Of a stretch of 64,000 bases of DNA, positions 48,895-58,822 are shown one piece after another. Location of the stretch: IMG/VR virus record IMGVR_UViG_3300037264_007501, positions 7,399 through 71,398 of that record. One strand, written 5' to 3'. Source of the stretch: a virus. Positions within the stretch are counted from its first letter, which is position 1; every line of letters starts with the position of its first letter. Position numbers and translations under genes: made by a program. The notes below the pieces were generated by a model that was not told the origin of the DNA, made no database searches, and saw only the letters and a program-made list of their open reading frames with translations.

Positions 48895-49701
48895 TTACCA
48901 TTTGATGAGCCCCCCTAGCTCAGTGAATTTGATTTCCAAGCGCTGCTCCTCCTCGTCTTCAGAGTGGTGACTCCAGTTAATATCCAGCCCTTTCCAGCTG
49001 TTCTGCTTGAGCTGGTCCGCGGACGGAAAGACTGGGTCGACGATGACGACGTGGCTGCCCATCTGGCCCACCCCGCACCTTCGTATGGGCACTCTGGCAC
49101 CAGGCTGGGTCCCGGGGCTGATCCAGCACGTCTTCAGTCCGTACATGGTCTGAACAGTAATCTCACCGCCCTTGAGAAGCGTCTCGAGCGGGATCTGTTC
49201 CGTCGTCACAACCTCCAGGCCCTCTATGCTAAAGCGTGGGTGATTGGCCGGCACAGTGGTAACAACGGCATCGCCGTACTCTTCACCACATCGCAGCCCT
49301 TTGCCTGGAAAAACCATGTCGTGCTTGTTGCCGCCTGGTGCAATCATGATATTGAGCGTGATGATGTCCTGCTTCTCCTTGATAATTGGTTCACCGGTCT
49401 TCGTCACTTCGTTCTGATTATAGGAGATGGTAACGCTCCTGCCAAAGAAAGCGTCTTCAAAGGAGATCGGTATTCGCAGTGTCATATTCAGCAGCGCCCG
49501 CCTGTCAACGGTGGCGTTTAGTCGACGGTACGACGGGTCTGAGATCATCTTGTAAGCGTGCATGATGGCGAGGAACTTGTCCTTGTCGCCGCCCTTGTCG
49601 GGGTGGTGCTCACCGATCTTCTCACGCCACGCCTTCTTCACCTCTTCGGCCGTGTGGTCTTTGTCTGGGTCAAGCCCCAGGGCGATTATGGAATCTTTCA
49701 T
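48895..49701 (-). CDS. DnaJ/CbpA-like co-chaperone
   Basis: J-domain HHPDKGGD; C-terminal domain ISFEDAFFG, GKG...GD, GGEITVQTMYG, ISPGTQPG; no Zn finger. Confidence 0.85.
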   Translation of the reverse strand: MKDSIIALGLDPDKDHTAEEVKKAWREKIGEHHPDKGGDKDKFLAIMHAYKMISDPSYRRLNATVDRRALLNMTLRIPISFEDAFFGRSVTISYNQNEVTKTGEPIIKEKQDIITLNIMIAPGGNKHDMVFPGKGLRCGEEYGDAVVTTVPANHPRFSIEGLEVVTTEQIPLETLLKGGEITVQTMYGLKTCWISPGTQPGARVPIRRCGVGQMGSHVVIVDPVFPSADQLKQNSWKGLDINWSHHSEDEEEQRLEIKFTELGGLIKW

Positions 49702-50239
49702 GAACCATCTCCGTAATGCTTTTGACTATTGCGTCCACCGGCATGACAGAGCTGTCGTACACCTGGTCGAAGCGGTGTAGCCAGTCATCCAAGTCCACCT
49801 CTGATGGGTGGGTTTCGTTCTCCCTCCACTGGTCGCAGCGGGCCTTGCGAATGTCACGGGGGCACTCCAAGCGCACCGCGAGCCTAGGCTTTATCGGTAT
49901 CTCAAGCTCGTTCTTGAACCGGCAGTCATCTATAATTACGACCGCGTTGGCTCCGTCGAAATCCTTGTAGTGATTCACAGCGCAGGTGATCCAACCGTTT
50001 TTATCGACGGTGTTTCTCATCCACTCCGTACCGAGAACTTGAAGAAGGGCACCGTCCTTTTTCACATCGAGGCAGAGCCCGTGCTTCCTGGCGATTGCAA
50101 GAACCGCATCGTGCATCTCATAGAGAGGGCCTGCGAACCTGGGCCGGCTCACCGGGTACACCTTGCTAAGTTCTACAGCTAGCCTATCAGCCGTCGTTGT
50201 CTTACCACTGCCCATCTTCCCGCTAATCAGAACCAACAT
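49670..50239 (-). CDS. deoxynucleoside monophosphate kinase
   Basis: ISGKMGSGKTT, FAGPLYE, LLQVLGTEWMR, DDCRFKNE, HPSE. Confidence 0.85.
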   Translation of the reverse strand: MLVLISGKMGSGKTTTADRLAVELSKVYPVSRPRFAGPLYEMHDAVLAIARKHGLCLDVKKDGALLQVLGTEWMRNTVDKNGWITCAVNHYKDFDGANAVVIIDDCRFKNELEIPIKPRLAVRLECPRDIRKARCDQWRENETHPSEVDLDDWLHRFDQVYDSSVMPVDAIVKSITEMVHERFHNRPGA

Positions 50240-50256
50240 GTGTCCCCCAAAAAATA

Positions 50257-50288
50257 GGGCGAGGTCGTATTATAATACGACCTCGCCC
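50257..50288 (-). terminator. perfect 32-bp palindrome, probable terminator
   Basis: GGGCGAGGTCGTATTA|TAATACGACCTCGCCC followed by TATTTTTT on the minus strand. Confidence 0.65.
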
Positions 50289-50293
50289 GAAGG

Positions 50294-51376
50294 TTAGATC
50301 AGTCCGTCTGCATTGCCCTGAGGCATGGGAGCTGCCGGCGGCGGAGGCGAGGCCTTGTGCTCCACCGTAGCCGCGGCTTTGGCCTTGGCCTCAGCGTCTG
50401 CTATCTGCGTGTTGAGGTAGTTCATGAGCGCCCCCTTGATGTCGGTCGCCTTCTCGAACTGTCTCGCTGTCAGCTGGCGCGTCTTGGGCGAGTTCGCCTT
50501 ACCTTTCAACGCGGTCAACTTCACAAACAGCGGAGCCAGCTCAGGGTCCTCTGCGATCGCTTCAATGCCTGGCGGCTTGGCACCCACTTCTTCGACGATG
50601 ATGTCGTTCGTGGACTCTTCCAGTAGCTTCTGCGTAGGCACGGCCATGGCCGCTCCGGAGGATAGCTCCAGCAGCGTGTTTCTCATCAGGTCGCCGTGCT
50701 TGGCCAGGAACCCTTCCTTATTGGGTACGATGTTGAGTACGTAGTGGACCCGGCTCTGGCTCTTGCCGTCCTTGTCTACGAATTGAATGTTGGTCGGCTC
50801 ACGGTAGATGCGGAAGGGGATGTTCTTCAGAACGCCCCACTGCGCTTTGATGCTCCCTACGATAGAGATGAAGTTGTTGATGGCACTGACGCTGTTGGTG
50901 TCGATCTGGTACACGCCGAACAAAGAAGCAAGAGGCACCAGCACATAGACACTCATCGACGGCCGGCACTGTTGCTTACCGTTGACTATCCAATCTGTGC
51001 ACTTCTCAGCCAAGCACGTCCTGGTCGGCACAACCCGGGTAACCGGATCGCGTTTGGCCATGTGGTGTGCCACTTCTCCGTTGCCGTAGCACTGGAGGCG
51101 GCCACCGACCATCTTGCCGTCCTTGTCCTTGGCGCCTCCAGCGTACCATTTGTACCAATAGGGCATGACCTCGTTGGGATCATCCGAGATAAAAAAGCAA
51201 TCGATGGAAGTGGGTGCGTCTCCGTAGACACGGGCCACATCCGGTGCGTCCGTCAGGACGAAGTGCGGTGTTTCAACTGGGTACTCCTTGCCACCCTGGC
51301 TGATCTTCTTCTCACCCAAACGAATTTTGCCAATGACACCCATGTGGCGGTTTTTTTCAAACGATGCAATAGCCAT
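50294..51376 (-). CDS. Gp3-like recombination/ssDNA-binding protein
   Basis: IGKIRLGEKK...YPVETPHF, LQCYGNG, C...C...CRP, GVYQIDTNS; strong RBS. Confidence 0.6.
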   Translation of the reverse strand: MAIASFEKNRHMGVIGKIRLGEKKISQGGKEYPVETPHFVLTDAPDVARVYGDAPTSIDCFFISDDPNEVMPYWYKWYAGGAKDKDGKMVGGRLQCYGNGEVAHHMAKRDPVTRVVPTRTCLAEKCTDWIVNGKQQCRPSMSVYVLVPLASLFGVYQIDTNSVSAINNFISIVGSIKAQWGVLKNIPFRIYREPTNIQFVDKDGKSQSRVHYVLNIVPNKEGFLAKHGDLMRNTLLELSSGAAMAVPTQKLLEESTNDIIVEEVGAKPPGIEAIAEDPELAPLFVKLTALKGKANSPKTRQLTARQFEKATDIKGALMNYLNTQIADAEAKAKAAATVEHKASPPPPAAPMPQGNADGLI

Positions 51377-51404
51377 ATATCCTCCTAATCCCTTTTATTG
51401 CTAT

Positions 51405-52559
51405 CTAAAGTGCGTCCGTTATCGACCGCTGTTTAGTTACCACTTCACCGACGCTTCGTAGCGTCTCCGTGGCCGTTACTTCGCCGCAAGCCGCGGCTAG
51501 CTTTCTCAAGTTGATGGCAGCGTTTAGATCGCGATCGATCCTCACTCCGCACTCACACTGAAAAGTTCGTTCGCCAAGCGATAACGTACCCTTGACTAGT
51601 CCGCAAGAACTACACGTCTTGCTGGACGGGAAGAAACGGTCCGCCACTACTATTTTAGTTCCGTATATCTCTGCTTTGTAAGCGAGCAGGCTTCGAAACT
51701 TAGAAAAGCCAGCGTCACTGATAGCCTGCGCCAGCTTGTGGTTCTTCTGCATGTTGCTAACAGCAAGATCCTCAATCCCTACCGCTTGGTTTTCACGGCA
51801 GAGTCTCGTCGTCAGCTTGTGCAAGCCATCATGGCGGATGTTCCGAATACGGCGGTGAATCTTAGCCACTACCATTCGCTGCTTGTTCCGGTTTTGCGAT
51901 CCTTTCACACGGCGGCTCAGCTTACACTGAGCACGTCGTAGTTTTTTCTGGGCTTTGCGGAGCGGCCTTGGATTTTCGATTTGCTCCCCCGTGGATAACG
52001 TGACCAGTGTTCTTATACCAAGATCCACTCCGGCAGTCCCGCTACCGTCGCGCTTCTTGCGCAGCTCGCCGACGTCTACTGAAACGCACAGGAACCACTT
52101 GCCGGCTTCTTCGACGACGCGGGCTGGATGGATTTTGCCGGTGAGACGGAGCGCTTCGTGCATTTTTACTCTGCCGATCCTAGGCAAGCGAACACTCTTA
52201 CCAGCAGTGTAAAAGGTGTGGTTTGGAACGTAGAAAGACGCTCTAGCCTTCCCTTTGCATTTGAACGTAGGCCATTGGGCTCGTTTTGAGAAAAAATTAC
52301 CGAAGGCTCTTTGCAGATCTATAAATGGCTGCGAGTGGCAGCCGCTATGAGCCTCCTTCACCCACGGGAACAGCTCTGGATAAGTGGCGTTAAATAATCT
52401 CTTGATCGAGTGCCCCGTTGGTCTGCCGCCAGCCTTGTACTGGCTGTTCCACTCAGCCAATCCCCAGTTATAAACAAAGCGCGTGGTACCGGCAGCACGG
52501 CGAAAATATTCGGCCTGTCTTACCGTAGGATCCAGAGCTATTTTATGTGAGAGGGTCAC
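51405..52559 (-). mobile_element. tnpB: TnpB RNA-guided endonuclease (IS200/IS605/IS607 type), no TnpA
   Basis: N-terminal HTH (AGTTRFVYNWGL), RuvC GVDLG / IEDL / DRDLNAA, PSSKTCSSCG...CECG. Confidence 0.93.
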
Positions 52560-52745
52560 TGTGCGTCTCTCTGACCCAGATCCAGCTCAGATATTTTCCC
52601 CCGTACTTGGTGCAGTTCCGACTCAATGGTGGTCCTGTCCGAAGCCGTCTTGGTAGGGTCTGACATCAGCGCCTGCATCTGCCGCATAAGCGCGGCCTCT
52701 CTGATGCGAAGCTCTCCGTAAAGCACCTCGTTACTGACTCCGTAT

Positions 52746-53102
52746 TTATCCATTTTCTGCCTTTGCTGCTCCCAGGACTAGCCCTTGCTTGAGCCCATCA
52801 AACCACATTTGCGTACCGTACTCGAGGAGCCTGGCCGTGAGCAGCGCCTTCGTAGCCGGGTTCATGGTCTCTCCTCCCAGGGTCTCTGCCAGGGCCCGCT
52901 GACTTAGCGTAGCCCCGCGGAAGATATCACGCAGCCGTTCCGTGTCCTCTACGAACTCGCCGCCGTCCGCCTTGAAGGCAAACCCGCACTTGCGGTTCTG
53001 GCAGGCAAATACGGCAATGCTGCGGTCGTGGTTCTTGAGAGGGGTGATGTTGATTGCGGCGCCCTTGCACTTCGGGCAGTCCATTTTCTCACCCGGGTTC
53101 AT
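52746..53102 (-). CDS. zinc-ribbon protein
   Basis: CPKCKG...CQNRKCGFAF. Confidence 0.6.
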   Translation of the reverse strand: MNPGEKMDCPKCKGAAINITPLKNHDRSIAVFACQNRKCGFAFKADGGEFVEDTERLRDIFRGATLSQRALAETLGGETMNPATKALLTARLLEYGTQMWFDGLKQGLVLGAAKAENG

Positions 53103-53620
53103 AGTGTGTTTTCCTCAGTGAAGGTGGCGCTAAGAGCGGACACTTTGCCCCGGCTACGGCGCTTGGGCTTTCGGGACTCGCCCCGCTGGTCGAAGCCTGC
53201 GACCTCAGCAAACAGCTCTTCCCCATCTACGACGGATAGCGTCGCCTCTGCCTTGGCCTCAGACCGCGGGTCATCCACGGACATGTCCTTGGCGATGTCA
53301 TCCTCAGTGAGGCCGCCGGTAGCGGGCACCATAGCATCCTCGTTGGTGTCCCCTTCCACGTCCTCTGGCTCCGTGTCGCCCAGGCCGTCTGAGAGGTTGG
53401 TGATGTCCTCAAATCGTTTCTTAGGCGGATCAGCTTTGCGAACCACCGAGATGTTGAGCTCAGCCGCAATGCGCGCGGTCAGCTCCTTGTCCAAGGTAGC
53501 GGACACGAGCTCGCTCAGCTCCCGGGTGATCTCCTCAATGGGTTTGCCACTCAACGTGGCGTACCCCTTAAGTACCCGGAACGCTCTCTCGGTTAGGTGT
53601 AACGTCACTTCTGTCGTCAT
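53099..53620 (-). CDS. RHH-like N-terminus with acidic tail
   Basis: TEVTLHLTERAFRVLKGYATLSGKPIEEI. Confidence 0.5.
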   Translation of the reverse strand: MTTEVTLHLTERAFRVLKGYATLSGKPIEEITRELSELVSATLDKELTARIAAELNISVVRKADPPKKRFEDITNLSDGLGDTEPEDVEGDTNEDAMVPATGGLTEDDIAKDMSVDDPRSEAKAEATLSVVDGEELFAEVAGFDQRGESRKPKRRSRGKVSALSATFTEENTL

Positions 53621-53766
53621 ATTTCCCTTTCATGTGTTCAATGAACCCGCGCAATGCTTCCTCTGGCGTTGCCGCTTTCGGGGGCGGCGACTCCTCGAAT
53701 CGCATCCACAAGACGATGTACTGCCCATCTGCGAGCTGCTCTACCTCGACTGGCCTGCCAGCTAGC

Positions 53767-53952
53767 TTACTGGCTTCTTCTAGTAGCTCTTGCATTTCTT
53801 ACCTCCGCTGCCGTTATGCCAAGTAGCTTGGTCTCTTCTGGCTTAGGCTGTATCCACCCAGAAGTGATATTAACCAGACGATAGTAGTTGATCTGACAGG
53901 TGGCCGCGGCATTTCTCAGCGTCCCGTACTTCTTCTTCAACCGCTCTTTCAT
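53767..53952 (-). CDS. Cro/XRE-like HTH regulator
   Basis: YGTLRNAAATCQINYYRLVNITSGWIQP. Confidence 0.6.
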   Translation of the reverse strand: MKERLKKKYGTLRNAAATCQINYYRLVNITSGWIQPKPEETKLLGITAAEVRNARATRRSQ

Positions 53953-54310
53953 GTTTGTTGTTGTAGCAGGATATCTGCTGGTAGGCAAAGGAAAGGTGGG
54001 GCGCCACGGGGACTCTCACCCCTTACTCTTTAGCTTCCTCCGTTGGTTCCCTCCAACGGCCAAGGCGCCGCAATGTTATAACACTCCCAGGTCTTCGAAA
54101 TACTTCTCACTTTCACGGTTCAAGAAGAAAGCGAGGTGACTCACGTCAGCACGGAAAACGATCCACCCGTCATGTTGAGCCAGCAGAATACGATATCCGG
54201 CCATGCTCATGGTGTCTTGGCTCAGGTCATACTTCTCAAAGAAGGTGATCTTGTAGCCTTCCATGAGTTCACCGGTGTGCTTTGCCATCAGCACGTGGGC
54301 TATTGGTTTG

Positions 54311-54622
54311 TCAGCCATATATCCTCCTAACAGCTCCGCGCACTTCGCACCAGCCGTCTTCAGCCGTTTCAATGTTGCCGATGCGAAGTAGCTCCTGAAT
54401 GAAGTCCTCCGCATTCATATCACCGAACACGCTGTGTTTGGTATTTAACCAGGTATCGACTGCCTCTTTCGACTTGAGCGCCTTCAGAAGAAGGTCTCTG
54501 ACCTCGTTGTACACCTCGTACCAAAGATCGGGCCGAAAGCCTGGCCGATGCACCCCGCACTTTGGGCAAGGGGCACCACCACTTAGCACGGAACACAAGC
54601 ACTTTTCGCAGAACCAGGCCAT
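54311..54622 (-). CDS. Zn ribbon fused to Xre/MbcA/ParS-like antitoxin C-terminal domain
   Basis: CEKC...CPKCG; EAVDTWLNTKHSVFGDMNAEDFI resembles the W.L..P...LGG..P.D pattern. Confidence 0.5.
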   Translation of the reverse strand: MAWFCEKCLCSVLSGGAPCPKCGVHRPGFRPDLWYEVYNEVRDLLLKALKSKEAVDTWLNTKHSVFGDMNAEDFIQELLRIGNIETAEDGWCEVRGAVRRIYG

Positions 54623-54665
54623 AGGCCGTCTCCTTTCGTGTGGTACAATTTAGAACGAGGAACCC

Positions 54666-55112
54666 ATGACAACCTATCTCCTTGCCATCGCTACGCAAGC
54701 TCTTGCGTCCGAGTCCGTACCTGTGTCTGCGTACGTGAGCCTCCTTATAAGAGTGGTCCCAGTTATTGCCGCTCTCATTGGTGTAGTTGGCGTCTACTTC
54801 TTCAGAAAGAAAGCGTCTGAAAAGGAACTTGCCGAAATCCATAAAATTTACGCCGAGACGCATGTTCTTCAGCAAGAGGGCACCTCCAAGACTTATAAGG
54901 ACTTGCTGCTAATGCAGAAGGAAATGATCGATAACCAGGCCGACGCCATCAAGTGCATGCAGTCACGCCTTGATAAGTTGACCGGCGACGTCGAAGACTT
55001 GTGGGAACAAAACCGACAGTGCAAAGAAGAAAATGCGAAGCTCAAAGAGGAGGTAGACGACCTGCGGTCTACTCTAGCCGCAAATCCTCAACGTGCTCGT
55101 ACCACATCTTGA
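54666..55112 (+). CDS. membrane protein with coiled coil (lysis-accessory-like)
   Basis: Own TGGTACAAT extended -10 and GAGG RBS; TM helix then coiled coil. Confidence 0.6.
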   Translation: MTTYLLAIATQALASESVPVSAYVSLLIRVVPVIAALIGVVGVYFFRKKASEKELAEIHKIYAETHVLQQEGTSKTYKDLLLMQKEMIDNQADAIKCMQSRLDKLTGDVEDLWEQNRQCKEENAKLKEEVDDLRSTLAANPQRARTTS

Positions 55113-55943
55113 GTATTTGCTGGTGCTCTTCGTGCGCTGCCTTGCTCGGGTCTCCGTGCTTCCAGCGACGGCATAAAGCGTTGCCAAACTCCCAGAGTGC
55201 TGCCTTGTAAGCGCCGGCGTTCGTTGCCGCCTCGAACTCTTCCCGCTCCTCGGGCAGGTTAAATTTTAGGATTCCTTCCATCAGTCCTCCACTTGTTCAG
55301 CCTTGCAGAATGCCTCTAGCGTCTTCCTAAAGTCTTTCAAAGTCAGCTCATCCAAGAACTTCTTGGGGTAGCCTGGGTGACTCTCCCAATGGCTGGGCCT
55401 GAGCTGATTGCAAAAATCTTCTGCTGCCCATGCCACGCCGGCGAGGAACGCTTTGCGCTGTGCCTCGTCGACGTGGCAGACAGTGGCGGCCTTACGAGCG
55501 GCTTCCTCGTAGGCGTACTTAATATGCCTCATCCTTTCACCTCCGCGATCGCGGCCAGTGTGGCCCGCAGCAAGCGGCCGTTTTCATAGTGGCCGCCCTG
55601 GTGGTGCGGCAGCACAGACTCGCACGTGAGCCGCGCCTTCTCAATCACGATCTCGAGCGCGGCTATACGAGCGAACAACTCTGGTCTCTCCTTCATTCGA
55701 AACGCGTGGTACTCCCGTTGCTGCTCACCCTCGGAATACGCGTTGCTAAGCTTCTCTTGCCAGTACGTGAGCTCGTTCATTTCAACACCGTTACCTTGTA
55801 TATATCGCCGTTCTGCTTGATGGCGCTGACGCGCACCCCCTGTCTACAGGCCGCATTGCGGATGGCCTGGACGTACTTCCTGTGGACCACAATGATCGTA
55901 CCAACAGTCATGAGACGCTGCCAGTGATTCTGGGGGTGCTTCT

Positions 55944-56384
55944 TCATTTGATCTCCCACTGCTTCAGAGACCGCTTCCACAGCTTCCACGTAACCCAGCG
56001 GCAGCCAGTAGCGCGCCACTCCTGGTACGCCTTTTCGAAAGGCCAGCCCTGGTACAGGCGGTAGACCGCAGCCACGTAGCCAGTTCTCTCTCGGTGGGCG
56101 CGGCAATGGAAAACAACTGGCTGGTTCGCCGGGTCGCTGATCACCCAGAGAATACTCTCGATATCTTTGCGAGCAGGCGGAAGCAGCCCGGACAAGGCGT
56201 AATCAAACAACCGTATCTTGAGGGATATACAAGCCCGCAACTCCACGTTGCAGTCACGGTCGAATAAGATCTCCCAGAACCCAGTCTGCAGGTTGACCAC
56301 CGACTTAGCCGATGGAAACCGAAACGGATATAGAAGGGCGTCTTCTTTGTTTGCACGCCATACGCCTGGTCCGAGCTCAAGCAT
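55944..56384 (-). CDS. Cys-based tyrosine/dual-specificity phosphatase
   Basis: VVNLQ, PVVFHCRAHRERTGYVAAVYR....W.FEKAYQE. Confidence 0.8.
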   Translation of the reverse strand: MLELGPGVWRANKEDALLYPFRFPSAKSVVNLQTGFWEILFDRDCNVELRACISLKIRLFDYALSGLLPPARKDIESILWVISDPANQPVVFHCRAHRERTGYVAAVYRLYQGWPFEKAYQEWRATGCRWVTWKLWKRSLKQWEIK

Positions 56385-56885
56385 TACGCCACTCCTTCAT
56401 CTTCAATTAGCATGAACTTCATCGCCTCTCGAGCGCGCTCTTTGACGTCACCATCCACGGAGTGTTCTCTGATCAGCCGGTCCAGGCCGTACCGTATCGT
56501 CGATAGGTGCGGCCTCATCCGTCTGAGCAGGTTCTCGTTGGTGATATCTGAGATGCAGTCTAGGCTATCGCGCTCACCGGGGATGACCCGGTCGTTGAAT
56601 CGCATATAGTCTTTTGGCTTACTCCAGATGGTTCCATCGTCTTCATCACGCGACATATCGCCTCCAATGTTCTAAGGGTTGCTTCAGTATCTACTACATA
56701 CTGCTTATACCTCTTTCCGACGAGCTTTGGTCTGGCAGCGAGCGCCTCAGCGAACGCACCGAGCATGAAGCTACCGTGTTCGTTCTCCACGTTCCTGATT
56801 ACGCAAGTCGCGCACCGGAACTTCTTGAACGGCTTCTCGCCAACTCCGAATCCTCCCTGCAAGACCTTGCCGCAGTCGTCGCATG

Positions 56886-57419
56886 TCATACCAACCTCGT
56901 AATGTAAGTGTGCGCTGCTTTGGCACCGTCCTTGACCCAGATATCGACCATCTCCTTTATGCCAGGATCCTTCTTCATGGACACGTCCGAGTAGTAGCGC
57001 GGGTCCGAGTGTCTGCGGTACTCTTTGTCCCTCGTCCACCAGGCCGGCTCGCAGATCTCGTCCAACCTCCCAGGATAGGCGATGTGCAGGAACAGCCCGA
57101 AGAAGGTCGGTGCCCGCATAGACGACGAGTCGCAGTGCATCCAGATCGCACCCGGACTTTGCACGTAGTGGAACAGCAGAACCATAGCGGGGTAGACCAG
57201 CTCAATGGGCAGGCTCCTCCCCGGTATCCACGGGTACCAATGAAACCGAGGTCCTCCCCAATCAATGTGGTCGTCAGTGAGTTGAAACCTGACCTTGGGC
57301 TCGAACCGCCGCATAAAAACGTCCACCGCCTCTCGGCCGCAGGAGTCTGGGCGCGGCGTCAGTACGACAGAGTGGCCAGAGGGCAGCTTGTATTCGCAGT
57401 AAGGGTACTCTTCACTCAA
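56886..57419 (-). CDS. dual-specificity phosphatase-like protein
   Basis: IWMHCDSSSMRAPT (HCx5R). Confidence 0.6.
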   Translation of the reverse strand: MSEEYPYCEYKLPSGHSVVLTPRPDSCGREAVDVFMRRFEPKVRFQLTDDHIDWGGPRFHWYPWIPGRSLPIELVYPAMVLLFHYVQSPGAIWMHCDSSSMRAPTFFGLFLHIAYPGRLDEICEPAWWTRDKEYRRHSDPRYYSDVSMKKDPGIKEMVDIWVKDGAKAAHTYITRLV

Positions 57420-57732
57420 CGATCTCTCCTGTGTTAGGTACGACCTGAATAGCTCTGTCGTCGTATAGCGGCGTCATTCCAAAATCCTTCACGTTGGTGA
57501 TCTCGAGATCGCCCAGGCCGTGCTTCTTGAGCCAGGCCTTGACGAAGGGGATCGCCTCCTTCTCGCTGGCCCTGGCGGTGAAGATTTTTACCTTCTGTCC
57601 GTCAGCTATCCAGTCCTTCACCCGGGCCAGCATCTTGGGTACTGGTTCCCCGATGTGCTCAATGCCCTGCCAACCGTCGTAGCGGGCGAGCGTGCCGTCC
57701 AAATCGACGCCTGTCCAACCTTTGTGTGCCAT
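57412..57732 (-). CDS. HAD-superfamily hydrolase
   Basis: GVDLDGTLA, IFTAR, K, YDDRA. Confidence 0.85.
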   Translation of the reverse strand: MAHKGWTGVDLDGTLARYDGWQGIEHIGEPVPKMLARVKDWIADGQKVKIFTARASEKEAIPFVKAWLKKHGLGDLEITNVKDFGMTPLYDDRAIQVVPNTGEIVE

Positions 57733-58265
57733 CTTACGTAGCCTCCGGTAAATTCAAGTACTCAATCCGCTTCATCGGCGGTCGTCCTTGTACGGTCATT
57801 CTTTCGTCTGGTTCAAGCTCTGAAATGTACGCCTTGATCGTGTCCAAGCTGGGCTCAACGTGCCCGAACTCTCCGTCCCAATCAACCACCCAGACAGGGA
57901 TCAGCTCGTTCGCCCAAACATCAGCGCACCCGACGTGCAGTGGGTACCACTCTCCATCAATCTTTTGTCCCTGTTGACAGGCGTTGGTTGGGATCTCTGT
58001 TTTACACTGGACGCAGATTTCAATCATCGGACTCCAATCTTACAATGCGGCATTTGAGGCAGTACTCGAACCTGGCATTGCCGTGCTGCGGGCAAAACCA
58101 GCTGGCGTCACTCCACTGGTGGGGGCACGCCAGGTACTTCCGTCTCTGCAAGAACTTCGCGCGCTCTACGGCCATTGTCCGTGAAATCGAAGTCCACAGT
58201 GTGGATATCATTCGTCGCATAAAATTTGAGAACCTCCCTGCACTTGGCTAACTTCTCCTGGTCTG

Positions 58266-58598
58266 TCATGGCAGCGTATCCTCGAAGGTTTCGTGTTGCT
58301 CACCGTCAAGATGGACCTGACTCAGGTCGTACTTCATCATGGCTATCCGTAGGCCGATGTTGTTTCCAGGCCCAAGCTGATGCATGAGCCAGCCTATGCA
58401 GTGTGCCTCCTCTCCGACGTCGCTCTCATGACAAGCCATTGCTGGTGCGGACAGGCTCAGCGCCCCCGGGTCCGCGATGGTCTGACGAAGCCCTCTGTGC
58501 TTCGACTGGCTGTAGCCGTTCGGAATGGTGTTCGGGTCAGTGGCCTTCTTCCACGGGCATTTTTGGCACTGCTTGGTGCGCTTCAACTGCTTCTTCAT
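58266..58598 (-). CDS. DUF6283-like Cys/His protein
   Basis: QCQKCPWKK, MACHES, HCIGWL. Confidence 0.6.
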   Translation of the reverse strand: MKKQLKRTKQCQKCPWKKATDPNTIPNGYSQSKHRGLRQTIADPGALSLSAPAMACHESDVGEEAHCIGWLMHQLGPGNNIGLRIAMMKYDLSQVHLDGEQHETFEDTLP

Positions 58599-58822
58599 TT
58601 GAAGATCGTTGCCAGCACGGCCACCGACATGACAAAGCCAATGAAGAGCAGCACCAGAAGTGCTGGACCCCAGATCGGCAGAAAGACCAGCCACCAGCTC
58701 CAGTTGATGTAGCCCAGGATCTTGGCCACAAAGAAAGCAACTGCGAGCACGGTGCCCCCGCTAAACGCTTGGATGTTGACGGTCTTACTCACGACACGCC
58801 TCCCTTGGATAGCGCCGCCGGC

